DNA of 64,000 nucleotides from a bacterium (GCA_037446635.1 JBBIIG010000002.1:64001-128000); one strand, 5' to 3'. Counted from the first letter of the stretch, positions 37,044-47,577 are shown. Numbers and translations: made by a program. Notes: a model not told the origin generated them from the sequence alone.

Positions 37044-38684
37044 TTGAATTCTGAAGCTTTGTTTGTCATTCATCTTTGCTTTGCAAAAAACGAAAGGGAG
37101 GGAAATCTGAGCCAGCACACCGACTCGGAAGTTTCGCATTCCACTGTAAAAACTTACCTCTATCCGACTCTCGCCGGTGCCTGCATTTTTTTAGGTTTTG
37201 AGCCGCTGCAGTGGTTTCCGCTGTTGCTGCTGTGGCCGTTTTTTCTGCGCGGTATGCGCGCGCTTCCATTAAAGCAAAAACTTCTGGCCTATTGGATAAT
37301 GGCCATTTCCGCCAACTTAGGCGGCTACTATTGGATTGTGATCGTGGCGCAGGATCACGGCGGCTTGCCGTGGTACGGCGGCGTGGGCGTGCTGCTTTTG
37401 TACAGCATGTACAACAATTTGAATTTCGTTTTGTGGGCGTATCTCGAGCGCTTTTTTGGCGAGAAGTCCAGTCCATTTGTGACCGCGGCACTATTCACGG
37501 CGGCCGAGCAAATTAATCCGCAAGTGTTTCCGTGGTACTTCGGCGCTGGCCTCGACGCGGCTTTGGTGCTCTATCAAACCGCCGATCTTTGGGGCGTGAT
37601 GGGATTGAGTTTTGTGGCCGTCGTCATTTTGCATATCCCGTATTGGATTTGGGATCATCGCCGCGCCATTTTCACCACGCACAAGTTAGCGTTCGCCGCG
37701 CAACTGGCGTTTGTGCTGTTCATCGTTTTGTATGGAATTGGCGCGCTCAATCGTTACAACAACGAACCCGCGCCCGATAAAAAATCGGTAGCCCTTTCGC
37801 TGGTGCAGTCCAACACCACATTGGAAAAATATTATGGCGCCACCCTGAGCACCCAGGAAAGGTTGACGGAATTTTTGATGATCGTCGGCCTCTCCAAACA
37901 GGCGATGGCGGAGCAACCCGAAAAAACCGATTTGCTGATCTGGCCGGAGGGCTCCGTGCACTTTCCGATTTTGAATTACGAGGTGGTGTTCAACACGGTC
38001 TCGGATTTGGCAAAACGTTACGACGTTTTTGTCACCGCCGGCTCTGCGGAAGTGGAAATCACCAAACGCGGCGAGAAACCCAAATATTTCAACACCCAGT
38101 TTGTGCTCGATCGCGAGGGCAAAGTGGTTGGCAAATATCGCAAGATTGTTTTGCTGGCGTTCGGCGAGTACATTCCGTTTGTGGAAACCTTTCCGGTTTT
38201 GGAGAAGTGGCTGCCGTCCACCATCTCCCAATTTACGCGCGGAAGCGAGAAACCGGTTTTCACGCTCGATGACAGCACGCGCTGGCTGCCGCTGATTTGT
38301 TACGAGGACATCATTTCCGGATTCATCGCCGGCTTCAATCACCGCCGCGCCGATTTTATGGTGAATATCACCAACGACGGCTGGTTCGGAAAATCGTCGG
38401 CGTCGCATTTACACAAGCAAATGGCGCGGCCGCGGGCGGTGGAGTTTCGTAAGCCTCTGGCGCGCTGTCTCAACACCGGCAGCTCGCAGGTGATCGATGC
38501 CGCCGGACGCACCATTTCCCGCGAGACCGCTTTGTACACCCGCGAGTTCATCAACGTGACACTGAACCTGCCGTCAACTCCGCCGGTGACCGTTTATGCG
38601 ATTGTGGGAAATTGGCCAGTGTATTTTTTGATCGTAGTTATCGCAGTTTTGTGGGTGAGAAAGAAGTTCTTCGGCCCAAAATAA
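37044..38684 (+). CDS. lnt: Apolipoprotein N-acyltransferase (start uncertain, possibly about 37107)
   Basis: N-terminal TMs; nitrilase triad IWPE, YRKIVLLAFGEYIP, LICYED; NITNDGWF. Confidence 0.9.
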   Translation: MNSEALFVIHLCFAKNEREGNLSQHTDSEVSHSTVKTYLYPTLAGACIFLGFEPLQWFPLLLLWPFFLRGMRALPLKQKLLAYWIMAISANLGGYYWIVIVAQDHGGLPWYGGVGVLLLYSMYNNLNFVLWAYLERFFGEKSSPFVTAALFTAAEQINPQVFPWYFGAGLDAALVLYQTADLWGVMGLSFVAVVILHIPYWIWDHRRAIFTTHKLAFAAQLAFVLFIVLYGIGALNRYNNEPAPDKKSVALSLVQSNTTLEKYYGATLSTQERLTEFLMIVGLSKQAMAEQPEKTDLLIWPEGSVHFPILNYEVVFNTVSDLAKRYDVFVTAGSAEVEITKRGEKPKYFNTQFVLDREGKVVGKYRKIVLLAFGEYIPFVETFPVLEKWLPSTISQFTRGSEKPVFTLDDSTRWLPLICYEDIISGFIAGFNHRRADFMVNITNDGWFGKSSASHLHKQMARPRAVEFRKPLARCLNTGSSQVIDAAGRTISRETALYTREFINVTLNLPSTPPVTVYAIVGNWPVYFLIVVIAVLWVRKKFFGPK

Positions 38685-38772
38685 TTCAACAAAGGCACGA
38701 AGTACAAAGCCCCGTCTTTGTGTTCAATTCAAAATACTCTTCATTGGTAAAACTAATTCTGGCATGCGAAAT

Positions 38773-38801
38773 GTAGGGAACGCATCATATGCGTTCCCTA
38801 C
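38773..38801. repeat. GTAG-type REP palindrome GTAGGGAACGCAT-CAT-ATGCGTTCCCTAC
   Basis: Perfect 13-bp stem with GTAG/CTAC ends. Confidence 0.85.
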
Positions 38802-38839
38802 GGGTTGCGATTTTATACAATACTTCAGTTAAAAAAGAG

Positions 38840-39670
38840 ATGCCCGAGCTTCCCGAAGTTGAAACCATCCGCCGCGCCTTGAACCAGCACTTGCCTGGCC
38901 TCCGAATCGAAAAAGTGCGGGTGCGGGATGCGCGCTTGCGGTCGCCAGTTGACGAACGAAAGTTGAAGCGATTAATAGTTGGGCAGGCGATCCGAGAGAT
39001 AAATCGCCGCGCTAAATATCTGCTCATTCACTTCGCCAACGATGCTGACTTGATCCTCCACCTCGGCATGAGCGGCCGGCTTCTGCTGCTGCGCGAAGCT
39101 CTGCCGTTTGAGAAGCACGATCACGTCATTTTTTATTTTGAAAATCAAACCGAGCTGCGTTTTCGCGATCCCCGCCGCTTCGGGCTGGTGGACGCGATCC
39201 AATCAGCCGAATTAGAAAACGATCCGCGTTTCGCTAATCTCGGCCCTGAGCCGCTCGATCCCCAAACCCGCGCCCGCGTTCTATTTGAGCGCGCCAATCA
39301 TCTCAAAAAGCCCATCAAAAATTTGTTGATGGATGCCCGCTTCGTGGTGGGCGTCGGAAACATTTACGCCAACGAAGCTTTGTTTCACGCCGGCATTCAC
39401 CCGTTCACGCCGGCCCATTCGCTCTCGCCGGCAGACTGGCAGCGGCTGCTGAGCGCCATTAAAAAAATTTTGCGGAACGCCATTCAAAAAGGCGGCACCA
39501 CCCTCAACGATTTCGTGAACAGCGACGGCGAGATGGGGTATTTTCAATTGTCGCTGGCGGTTTACGACAAAGAAGGGCAACGGTGTCCAATCTGTCAAAC
39601 GAAAATTGCGCGGGAGGTGCAGGTAGGGCGCAGCACCTATTTTTGTCCGCGCTGCCAGAAGCTGCGGTGA
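38840..39670 (+). CDS. mutM: Formamidopyrimidine-DNA glycosylase
   Basis: MPELPEVET start, RRAKYLL, HLGMSG, GVGNIYANE, C-terminal zinc finger CPIC..CPRCQ. Confidence 0.97.
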   Translation: MPELPEVETIRRALNQHLPGLRIEKVRVRDARLRSPVDERKLKRLIVGQAIREINRRAKYLLIHFANDADLILHLGMSGRLLLLREALPFEKHDHVIFYFENQTELRFRDPRRFGLVDAIQSAELENDPRFANLGPEPLDPQTRARVLFERANHLKKPIKNLLMDARFVVGVGNIYANEALFHAGIHPFTPAHSLSPADWQRLLSAIKKILRNAIQKGGTTLNDFVNSDGEMGYFQLSLAVYDKEGQRCPICQTKIAREVQVGRSTYFCPRCQKLR

Positions 39671-39738
39671 TGGAGACTCATCTTTCAAGGTGATTCATAA
39701 CTATTCTATTCTTCACTGGATTAGCCGCTTCAGTCGAG

Positions 39739-40315
39739 TTGGCTTCAGAAGCGCCCAATTTTCCCAGCTACCGCTCCTCGGGGCAAGTTGTTTTTTTTCC
39801 GTTATCGGGCCGACGGCGCGGCGGCTGGCACGGCAGTCGCCGCTGGCCAACGGGCGCGGATTTCTCCGCAGGGATATTTTTACGCCGGTCCGCTGAGCGT
39901 GATGGCCGAGTACGCCATTTCATCTCAGGAAATGCGGCGCGACGCCGCCGCGGCCAAAATTTCTCACCACGCCTGGCAAGTCAGCGCGGCGGTTTTTTTG
40001 ACCGGCGGCAAAAATTCGTTCCGCGGCGCGTCGCCAAAAACGTCCTTCGATCCCGCCAACCGAAAGTGGGGCGCCGTTGAGCTGGCGGCGCGGCTGCACG
40101 CCCTCGACTTCGATGAGGAGGCGTTTCCGGTTTTTGCCAATCCGGTTTCCTCCACCCGCAAAGCGCTGGCCTGGGCGGTGGGCGTCAACTGGTATTTGAA
40201 TCAACACGCAAAGTTCGCCATCAATTTTGAGCAAACGTCGTTCGACGGCGGCGCTCTAAATTCCGATCGCGCGGCTGAAAAGATTTTTCTCAGCCGCTTT
40301 CAAATTGCTTATTGA
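39739..40315 (+). pseudogene. 5'-truncated, frameshifted OprO/OprP-type anion porin
   Basis: PSYRSSGQVVFF continues in another frame as FFRYRADG..RISPQGYFYAGP..WGAVELAAR..GVNWYLN..SRFQIAY; the shift lies in T8 at 39791-39798; no signal peptide or N-terminal half. Confidence 0.8.
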
Positions 40316-40326
40316 GTTATTACTGG

Positions 40327-40512
40327 ACTATTGTAAAAACCCTTAGAGGAGATGGCTTCTATCAATGAAAGCAGATCGCTTGGAAATGAATTTCCAAGCT
40401 AATAGCTTAAGCCTAATAAATTTAGCTGTTGCTGTCTTAGTCGATTTCAATCGACTTCAGCAAATTAGCCTGATGATTCATCAATCAGGCGATCTGAGAT
40501 TTTTACAATAGT
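40327..40512. mobile_element. 186-bp MITE-like element with 13-bp terminal inverted repeats ACTATTGTAAAAA
   Basis: Perfect TIRs, non-coding, several internal hairpins; no clear target duplication. Confidence 0.55.
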
Positions 40513-40550
40513 TTAGTTATTATAAACCATCCGAGTTCAGGAGATCTGAG

Positions 40551-41582
40551 ATGTGTAAAAAAATTATCGCCTTAAGTTTTATCTTCGCAACGATTTTTTC
40601 CCTTGGTTGCGGCGAAGATACAACTTCAAAAAAGCCGGAGGTGACGCTGTTAAACGTTTCGTATGATCCGACCCGAGAATTTTATCAGGACTTCAACGTT
40701 GAATTCATTGCGCACTGGCGGGAAAAGACCGGCCAGACGGTCGCCATTAATCAATCGCACGGCGGCTCCGGCAAGCAGGCGCGCGCGATCATCGACGGCC
40801 TCGAAGCGGACGTGGCGACGCTGGCGCTGGCGTACGATATCGACGCCATTCACGAGCGCGCGGGTTTGATTCCGAAAGATTGGCAAACGCGCCTGCCCCA
40901 CAACAGCGCGCCCTATTTTTCCACTATCGTTTTTTTGGTGCGCAAAGGCAATCCTAAAAACATCAGAGATTGGAATGATTTGATTCGGCCGGACGTGGCC
41001 GTCATCACCCCGAATCCCAAAACCTCCGGCGGCGCGCGCTGGAATTATCTCGCCGCCTGGGGCTACGTTCTCAAAAACGGCGGCGACGAAAATTCCGCCC
41101 GCGAATTTGTGAGCAAGCTTTTTAAAAATGTGCCGGTGCTGGACTCCGGCGCGCGCGGCGCCACCACTACGTTTGTAGAACGCGGCCTCGGCGACGTCTT
41201 TATTTCCTGGGAAAACGAAGCGTTTTTGGCGGTAAAGAAATTGGGAGCGGAAAAATTTGAAATTATTACGCCGTCGGTAAGCATTCTCGCCGAGCCGCCG
41301 GTTACGATCATCGATAAAGTGGCCGATAAACATAATACGCGGGAAATCGCCACCGCTTATCTGCAATATCTTTACACGGAGGTCGGCCAAACGCTGGCGG
41401 CGAAGCATTTTTATCGTCCGCGCACGCAACCCGCGCCGGACTCGCCGGCGGCAAAATATGCGGAGCTATTTCCGCAAGTGAACATGTTCACCATCGATGA
41501 AATGTTTGGCGGCTGGCAGGCCGCGCAAAAAACTCATTTCGATGACGGCGGAATTTTCGATCAGATTTATTTGAGCCAATAA
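40551..41582 (+). CDS. sbp: Sulfate ABC transporter substrate-binding lipoprotein
   Basis: [48 protein letters not shown]; lipobox SLGC. Confidence 0.95.
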   Translation: MCKKIIALSFIFATIFSLGCGEDTTSKKPEVTLLNVSYDPTREFYQDFNVEFIAHWREKTGQTVAINQSHGGSGKQARAIIDGLEADVATLALAYDIDAIHERAGLIPKDWQTRLPHNSAPYFSTIVFLVRKGNPKNIRDWNDLIRPDVAVITPNPKTSGGARWNYLAAWGYVLKNGGDENSAREFVSKLFKNVPVLDSGARGATTTFVERGLGDVFISWENEAFLAVKKLGAEKFEIITPSVSILAEPPVTIIDKVADKHNTREIATAYLQYLYTEVGQTLAAKHFYRPRTQPAPDSPAAKYAELFPQVNMFTIDEMFGGWQAAQKTHFDDGGIFDQIYLSQ

Positions 41583-41633
41583 TTAACCTTGCGAAGCTTT
41601 TAAACCCTTCGCAATAGTTAGACAAAACCACCT

Positions 41634-42467
41634 ATGAATATTACTCTTAAACAGCGCAGCGTTTTGCCCGGCTTCGGTCTCAGCCTCGGCTACGCGCTTT
41701 TTTATCTCAGCCTGATCGTGCTCCTCCCGCTTTCCGGAATTTTCCTGAAAACCATGAGCCTGACATGGGGAGAATTCTGGGCTGCGGTGACCTCGCCGCG
41801 CGTGCTGGCTTCGTACCGGCTCACTTTCGGCGCTGCATTCGCCGCCGCCCTCGTTAATGGCCTCTTTGGGCTTTTAGTGGCGTGGGTGCTGGTGCGCTAC
41901 CATTTCCCCGGCCGAAAAATTTTAGACGCGCTGGTGGATTTGCCGTTTGCCCTGCCGACCGCGGTGGCGGGCATCAGCCTCACCGCCCTCTACAGCAGCA
42001 CCGGCTGGGTCGGACGTTATCTCGATGCTGTCGGAATCAAAGCTGCGTTCAGTCCGCTGGGCGTGATGATCGCGCTGACCTTCATCGGGCTGCCGTTCGT
42101 GGTGCGCACGGTGCAGCCGGTGCTCGAAGATCTCGACGCCGAAGTCGAAGAAGCGGCGATGAGTTTGGGCGCCACGCGCTGGCAGATTTTCTACAAAATT
42201 ATTTTCCCAACGTTGACGCCGGCGCTGCTCACCGGTTTCGCGCAGGCGTTTGCGCGAGCGTTGGGCGAGTACGGCTCGGTGGTGTTTATCTCCGGCAACA
42301 TGCCGATGAAAACCGAAATCACCGCCCTGCTGATCATGACCAAATTGGAGCAGTACGATTACGCCGGCGCGACCGCCATCGCCGTGGTGATGCTGACGGC
42401 GTCGTTTGCGCTGCTGTTCGTCATCAATATTTTGCAGTGGTGGAGCCGCCGGCGGCGCGGCGCTTGA
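41634..42467 (+). CDS. cysT: Sulfate ABC transporter permease
   Basis: SVLPGFGL, DLPFALPTAVAG, EEAAMSLGA, GNMPMKTEI, LEQYDY. Confidence 0.95.
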   Translation: MNITLKQRSVLPGFGLSLGYALFYLSLIVLLPLSGIFLKTMSLTWGEFWAAVTSPRVLASYRLTFGAAFAAALVNGLFGLLVAWVLVRYHFPGRKILDALVDLPFALPTAVAGISLTALYSSTGWVGRYLDAVGIKAAFSPLGVMIALTFIGLPFVVRTVQPVLEDLDAEVEEAAMSLGATRWQIFYKIIFPTLTPALLTGFAQAFARALGEYGSVVFISGNMPMKTEITALLIMTKLEQYDYAGATAIAVVMLTASFALLFVINILQWWSRRRRGA

Positions 42468-42593
42468 ACCACGAATTTCACGAATTACACTCATGTGAAT
42501 TTAATCCAACACCGTTTGCAACGGTGTTTCGGCAAGTCATATTCAAGACAAATTCACCGTTTCAAACGGTGAAGGATCACAACAAAGGCTAAC

Positions 42594-43442
42594 ATGAAAT
42601 TGTCCGAATCTTCTGTTTCTGCTAAGTCCCAGCGCGCCACAACCGAGCCGCGGTGGGTGCGCTGGCTGCTCATCGGCCTCGTACTTTTGTTTATGGGACT
42701 CTTCCTGTTTTTGCCGCTGACCGCGGTGTTTGTTTACGCCTTTGAAAAAGGCGCGGACGTGTACTTCGGCGCCATCCGCGAGCCGGACGCGCTCTCCGCG
42801 ATCAAATTGACACTGATAACCGCCGGCGCCTCCATCGTCCTCAATTTAATTTTTGGAATCGCTGCGGCGTGGGCCATCGCCAAATTTGAGTTTGCGGGAA
42901 AGAATTTTTTGATCACGCTGATCGACTTGCCGTTCGCGGTGTCGCCGGTGATTTCAGGTTTGATCTTCGTGCTGTTGTTTGGCGCGCACGGGCTTATCGG
43001 GCCGTGGCTGATCGATCTCGGGGTCAAGATTATTTTTGCGGCGCCGGGCATTGTGCTGGCCACGGTGTTTGTCACCTTTCCGTTCGTGGCGCGCGAATTG
43101 ATCCCCCTGATGCAGGCGCAGGGGACGGAGGAAGAGGAGGCGGCGCTGGTGTTGGGCGCCAACGGCTGGCAGACGTTTTTCCGGGTGACGCTGCCCAACA
43201 TCAAATGGGGATTGTTGTACGGAGTGATTCTTTGCAATGCGCGGGCGATGGGTGAGTTTGGCGCGGTGTCGGTGGTGTCGGGGCACATTCGCGGTTTAAC
43301 GAACACCTTGCCGCTGCACGTCGAAATTTTGTATAATGAATACAACTTCGCCGCCGCGTTTGCGGTGGCGTCGATGCTGGCTTTGCTTGCGCTGGTAACG
43401 CTGGCGGCGAAGAGCATCGTCGAGTGGAAAAGTAAGACATAA
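42594..43442 (+). CDS. cysW: Sulfate ABC transporter permease
   Basis: [42 protein letters not shown]. Confidence 0.95.
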   Translation: MKLSESSVSAKSQRATTEPRWVRWLLIGLVLLFMGLFLFLPLTAVFVYAFEKGADVYFGAIREPDALSAIKLTLITAGASIVLNLIFGIAAAWAIAKFEFAGKNFLITLIDLPFAVSPVISGLIFVLLFGAHGLIGPWLIDLGVKIIFAAPGIVLATVFVTFPFVARELIPLMQAQGTEEEEAALVLGANGWQTFFRVTLPNIKWGLLYGVILCNARAMGEFGAVSVVSGHIRGLTNTLPLHVEILYNEYNFAAAFAVASMLALLALVTLAAKSIVEWKSKT

Positions 43443-43445
43443 TTG

Positions 43446-43671
43446 GGACGCGGATTGCGCAGATGAACGCAGATTTTTACTTGCTCGTTCGGGATTTAAA
43501 ATCCCAAGCGCGAATTCACTCATTCCCACGCTCTGCGTGGGAATGCATTGTTTGCGAAGCTCTGCTTCGCAAAGAGCAAGCGGTGCTTTGCGTTACATTT
43601 GTCGTTCTCAAGTAAAACTTGGGAAAACGGACTCGTTTTCTCATCTGCGTTAATCTGTGTCATCTGCGTCC
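43446..43671. repeat. Composite intergenic stack of palindromic elements between cysW and cysA
   Basis: Outer inverted arms 43446-43478 and 43643-43671 enclose hairpins at about 43489-43509, 43521-43545 and 43551-43573. Confidence 0.8.
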
Positions 43672-43687
43672 AATAAAAAGGAAAATC

Positions 43688-44764
43688 ATGAGCATCGAAA
43701 TTCGCAACATCACCAAAACGTTCGGCGCGTTCACGGCGCTGAAAAACGTTAGCCTCAGCATTCCCACCGGTGAACTCGTGGCGCTGCTCGGCCCTTCGGG
43801 CTGCGGCAAAACCACCCTGCTGCGCATCATCGCCGGCCTGGAGGTGGCGGACAGCGGCGACATTCTCTTCGAGGGCGAAAACGTCGCCGCCCGCAGTGTG
43901 CGCGAACGCCATGTCGGGTTCGTCTTTCAGCACTACGCGCTCTTTCGCCACATGAGCGTGTTTGAAAACGTGGCCTTCGGACTCGACGTCCGGCCGCGCC
44001 GCTCGCGGCCGGCGAAAGATGAAATCCGCGCGAAAGTTCACTCGCTGCTCAAAATGGTGCAGCTCGAACATTTCGCCGATCGCTATCCTTCGCAGCTTTC
44101 CGGCGGACAACGTCAGCGGGTGGCGTTGGCGCGTGCGCTGGCCGTCGAGCCGAAAGTGCTGCTGCTCGACGAGCCCTTCGGCGCCCTCGACGCCAAAGTG
44201 CGCCAGGAGCTGCGGCGCTGGCTGCGGCGGCTGCACGACGAGCTGCACATCACCAGTGTCTTCGTCACCCACGATCAGGAAGAGGCGATGGAAGTGTCCG
44301 ATTACATCGTCGTGATGAATCAGGGGAAGGTCGAGCAGATGGGCACCCCCGAGCAGGTTTACCACGATCCCGCCACGCCGTTCGTTTATGATTTTCTCGG
44401 CAATTTCAATTTATTTCACGGCCGGGTTTCGGAGGGTAAATTTCGAATGGGCGACTTGACGATCGATTTGCCGGCCAGCGCCAACTCTGAGTTGGAAAGC
44501 GCGATCATTCGTGTGCGGCCGCATCTTTTGGACATCGCCCACGAATCGCCCGAGGGCAATCACTTTCGCGCGCGGGTGGCGCACATCAATCCCGCCGGGC
44601 CGATCGTGAAAGTGGAATTGCTGAGCGAATGGGGCGACACAATTCAAGTGGAATTGACGCAGGAGCGCTACGATGCGCTGCAATTGAAAAAAGACGCCGC
44701 GGTGTTTGTCTTTCCGAAGCGCAAGCGGATTACGATGTGGGAGGGGGAAGGCACAGGCAAGTAA
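43688..44764 (+). CDS. cysA: Sulfate ABC transporter ATP-binding protein
   Basis: [44 protein letters not shown]-like C-terminus. Confidence 0.96.
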   Translation: MSIEIRNITKTFGAFTALKNVSLSIPTGELVALLGPSGCGKTTLLRIIAGLEVADSGDILFEGENVAARSVRERHVGFVFQHYALFRHMSVFENVAFGLDVRPRRSRPAKDEIRAKVHSLLKMVQLEHFADRYPSQLSGGQRQRVALARALAVEPKVLLLDEPFGALDAKVRQELRRWLRRLHDELHITSVFVTHDQEEAMEVSDYIVVMNQGKVEQMGTPEQVYHDPATPFVYDFLGNFNLFHGRVSEGKFRMGDLTIDLPASANSELESAIIRVRPHLLDIAHESPEGNHFRARVAHINPAGPIVKVELLSEWGDTIQVELTQERYDALQLKKDAAVFVFPKRKRITMWEGEGTGK

Positions 44765-44806
44765 TATCAGGGGGCGGTTCATCGAGGCTTACCTCCACCG
44801 AAAATT

Positions 44807-45196
44807 TCATTTTGTTTTTACGATGATTCTCTTTGTAACCCATTCCGCTAATTCATCTCTCGATATTTTCCCATCTGCCAACTGCAAAAACAAACGTTCC
44901 TGTTCGTCAACAGATGCCTCAATCTCGTATCCGTTCAGCAAAAGGAAAATTTCCATAGCTGCATGGGCAACTCTTTTGTTGCCATCTACAAATGGATGAT
45001 TCATTGCAAGAGAATGTGCCAAGGCCGCTGCTTTCTCGGGTAGAGTGAGATATAGATCTTTCTGCCCGAATGTCATTTGTGGTTGTGCCAGCGCTGATTC
45101 TAATGCCGCCATATCTCTGACTCCGTGTGCGCTGCCTGATTGCGCAATGATCTGACGATGAAGTTCTAATACTTGAAAGAGTGATAGAAATTTCAT
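44807..45196 (-). CDS. Doc (death-on-curing, Fic family) toxin
   Basis: HPFVDGNKR motif. Confidence 0.92.
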   Translation of the reverse strand: MKFLSLFQVLELHRQIIAQSGSAHGVRDMAALESALAQPQMTFGQKDLYLTLPEKAAALAHSLAMNHPFVDGNKRVAHAAMEIFLLLNGYEIEASVDEQERLFLQLADGKISRDELAEWVTKRIIVKTK

Positions 45197-45202
45197 GTTC
45201 AA

Positions 45203-45400
45203 CTAAGCAAGCCGTTTGTAGAGTTCGGCGTTTTTCTTGAGCACGTATTGCATGGCATCCGTGAAATCTGAGTCTAGATTTGCTAATTTCTCTTGCAAGC
45301 TCGTCAGCAAAAATTCTTCGGGTTTGACCCCGATTTTTTCAGACGCATCTCTTAACTGCTCCGCCGTTTCTTCGGGCAAAGTGAGGGTGATTTGTTCCAT
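45203..45400 (-). CDS. Putative antitoxin of the Doc module
   Basis: 65 aa, MEQITLTLP...KNAELYKRLA; RBS AGAGG; immediately upstream of doc. Confidence 0.82.
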   Translation of the reverse strand: MEQITLTLPEETAEQLRDASEKIGVKPEEFLLTSLQEKLANLDSDFTDAMQYVLKKNAELYKRLA

Positions 45401-45423
45401 GGTTTTAAACCTCTTTTGGTGAA

Positions 45424-45537
45424 GAATGAATGAAGCCGAGGCTGTCGCGTTCGCCGTGCCAGCAATCATCAATGTTGATGTAGAGATAGCCGGCGTCTTT
45501 CATGCCGAAGGCAACCATCGCGTCGGCGGTCTCGTGG
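45424..45537 (-). pseudogene. Internal fragment of a GH27 alpha-galactosidase
   Basis: Manual translation HETADAMVAFGMKDAGYLYINIDDCWHGERDSLGFIH contains the GH27 signature GY.Y.NIDDCW. Confidence 0.75.
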
Positions 45538-45553
45538 AAGGTCTTTCTTTGAA

Positions 45554-45742
45554 TCAAATCTTTCTTAGTTGGTGCTCTTTAAAATATCCGACTGCACCAT
45601 CATCAAACCAGACCATAACATCGTCATCTTCATAACCAAGTCCCGCTGGCTGTTGCGCTTTTCCTGTTTTGCCCAGCATATATTTTAAGGTTTTTGGCTG
45701 CTTTTTTTGGCTCCCATTCAAATTCCATTGCAAATAATACAA
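45554..45742 (-). CDS. Short hypothetical ORF or gene remnant
   Basis: 62 codons, AT-rich, TTG start, no recognised motif. Confidence 0.3.
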   Translation of the reverse strand: MYYLQWNLNGSQKKQPKTLKYMLGKTGKAQQPAGLGYEDDDVMVWFDDGAVGYFKEHQLRKI

Positions 45743-45806
45743 ATTATTTCTGAAGCACGCAACTCTACAGATGTGTGATCATCTGAAACTGGCAGCCATT
45801 CTATTA

Positions 45807-47075
45807 TCATTTCTCAAGCGCCTCCACCCTCACGATAGTGATATCATCCGCGGCCGGCTGCTCGCCCATAAAAGCCAGCACATCGTCCAGCAGGCTCTGC
45901 GCTGTGGCCGAAGAACTGCTGACATAACGAAGTAAGCGCGCTTCACTGTACTCTTCCAATGAAGAATTCCGCGCTTCGATGACGCCATCTGAGTAGAGGA
46001 ACAACCGGCTTCCTTGAGCCATCTCCAGCTCATATTCAGCGTAGCTCCCCTCTTTGATCCCCAGCGGCAGCTCCGGCTTAACCTTAATGACGCGCACCCC
46101 GTTCGCATCAACCAGAATGGGCGGGAGGTGTCCCGCGTTGGCAAAAGTGATGGTACGGCGGTCGGGGTCAACGACGGCATAAATCACAGTAACAAATTTG
46201 GCGGTGGGCAGGTCTGCAGTAAGCACTCGGTTGACGCGGGAGAGCACGGCGCCCGGCGATCCTCCTTTTTCAGCGTGCAGGCGAAGAATACTGCGGGTGG
46301 AAGCCATCAGCAGTGCGGCCCCGACCCCTTTCCCAGCCACGTCGCCCAATACCACCGCGACTCTTCCGGAAGGAAGCGGGATGTAGTCGTACCAGTCGCC
46401 GCCCACTGCAAGGCACGGCTGCGACAACCCTGAAATTCGAAAACGCGGGAGCTCCGGAGCGTGTTCCGGGAACAACCGGGACTGAATGGTGCGCGCCTCC
46501 GCCAACTCCTGCACCATGCGCTCTTTCTCGATGCGCTCGCGCTCGAACAGGCGGGCGTTCTCGATAGCGGTGCCGATGTGTCCCGCCAGCGCTTCGAGGA
46601 GTTGCAGGCGGTGCGGCGGGAAGGCGTCGAGCTCTGCGTGTTGCGCATTGAAAACGCCAATGACTCGGCCGTATGATTTTATGGGGATATCAACCTCCGA
46701 GTGCGTGGAGGCCTCGCTCACCATGTAATAGGGATTCCTGGTCACGTCCGGGGCGTAGCAAGTTTCGCCCGTCACAGCCACGTGCCCAGTCATGCCCATT
46801 GGAATTTTGAAGCGCTCGCCCTTGACGTGGTAACAAGAGGTCCAACCGCGAACGGCGGCGATGACCAGTTCATGAGTTGCTTCGTCAACGAGCAGAACGG
46901 CCGAGCGCGTATAGCCAAAAGTCTCCGCGACGTCAACGACAATCTGCTCCAGCAGCGCGTCGAGATCCAGTATGGAGCTGATTCGCTGGGTCACCCGCTG
47001 GAGCAGCATAAAATCCTGAATTTGAGATTGCTGTTCCTGGAGAGACTCTCTGGGCGCCGTAGTTTCGTTCATCAT
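45807..47075 (-). CDS. GAF + PP2C/SpoIIE Ser phosphatase (RsbU-like)
   Basis: GAF ..IGTAIENARL; VGGDWYD, GDVAGKG, ANAGHLPP, YSDGVIEA, DDIT. Confidence 0.93.
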   Translation of the reverse strand: MMNETTAPRESLQEQQSQIQDFMLLQRVTQRISSILDLDALLEQIVVDVAETFGYTRSAVLLVDEATHELVIAAVRGWTSCYHVKGERFKIPMGMTGHVAVTGETCYAPDVTRNPYYMVSEASTHSEVDIPIKSYGRVIGVFNAQHAELDAFPPHRLQLLEALAGHIGTAIENARLFERERIEKERMVQELAEARTIQSRLFPEHAPELPRFRISGLSQPCLAVGGDWYDYIPLPSGRVAVVLGDVAGKGVGAALLMASTRSILRLHAEKGGSPGAVLSRVNRVLTADLPTAKFVTVIYAVVDPDRRTITFANAGHLPPILVDANGVRVIKVKPELPLGIKEGSYAEYELEMAQGSRLFLYSDGVIEARNSSLEEYSEARLLRYVSSSSATAQSLLDDVLAFMGEQPAADDITIVRVEALEK

Positions 47076-47577
47076 TTTCCTCTAAAGGCAGGGGCCTTTT
47101 TGTCGTGTTGCATGGGTTTACGACTTTCTCCGAAGTGAAGTTACCTGAAGCCAGTTTCAGCCGCTGCAGGATTTCAGACTGATAAAAGCGATATTTTGAA
47201 GATGGCCTTGACCTGTCTGCAAATCAAGATAATTAGCCCGAGAAGCCAATGCAACGCATCTTTTAAACAGCCGTTAAGCACTAATAATAATAAAATAAAC
47301 TACGAAGCACACGAAGGGCACGAAGTGGAAATTGATAAATTTCACTGTGGAGCTTGCTTTAACTTTCGCGCCCTTGGTGGTAGAGCGAGAAGCAACATTT
47401 TCATAAAATTCTGTTGACAATCTTGCTTCGTTTTCGTACTAAGATTGGGCAACGCAACCGGAAATGTCCCTTCCTTCAAAGACAAATTACGGTCAATTAT
47501 AAAAACTCTTTAAAAACTGAGACTTAATCTCGGTGCCAGAGACGATGATGAACAAAACACATTGGGTTTGGTAAACT

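Noticed and set aside
38760..38774. TGGCATGCGAAATGT as a fourth sigma-54 promoter before mutM
   Set aside because: The -12 element lacks the conserved GC and runs into a REP palindrome.
39791..39798. T8 tract as a phase-variation switch
   Set aside because: The porin is also 5'-truncated, so restoring the frame would not give a functional gene.
45807..47075. PP2C phosphatase as the partner of the cluster kinase
   Set aside because: It lies 11 kb from the locus in a separate patchwork region and is RsbU/SpoIIE-type rather than PstP-type.
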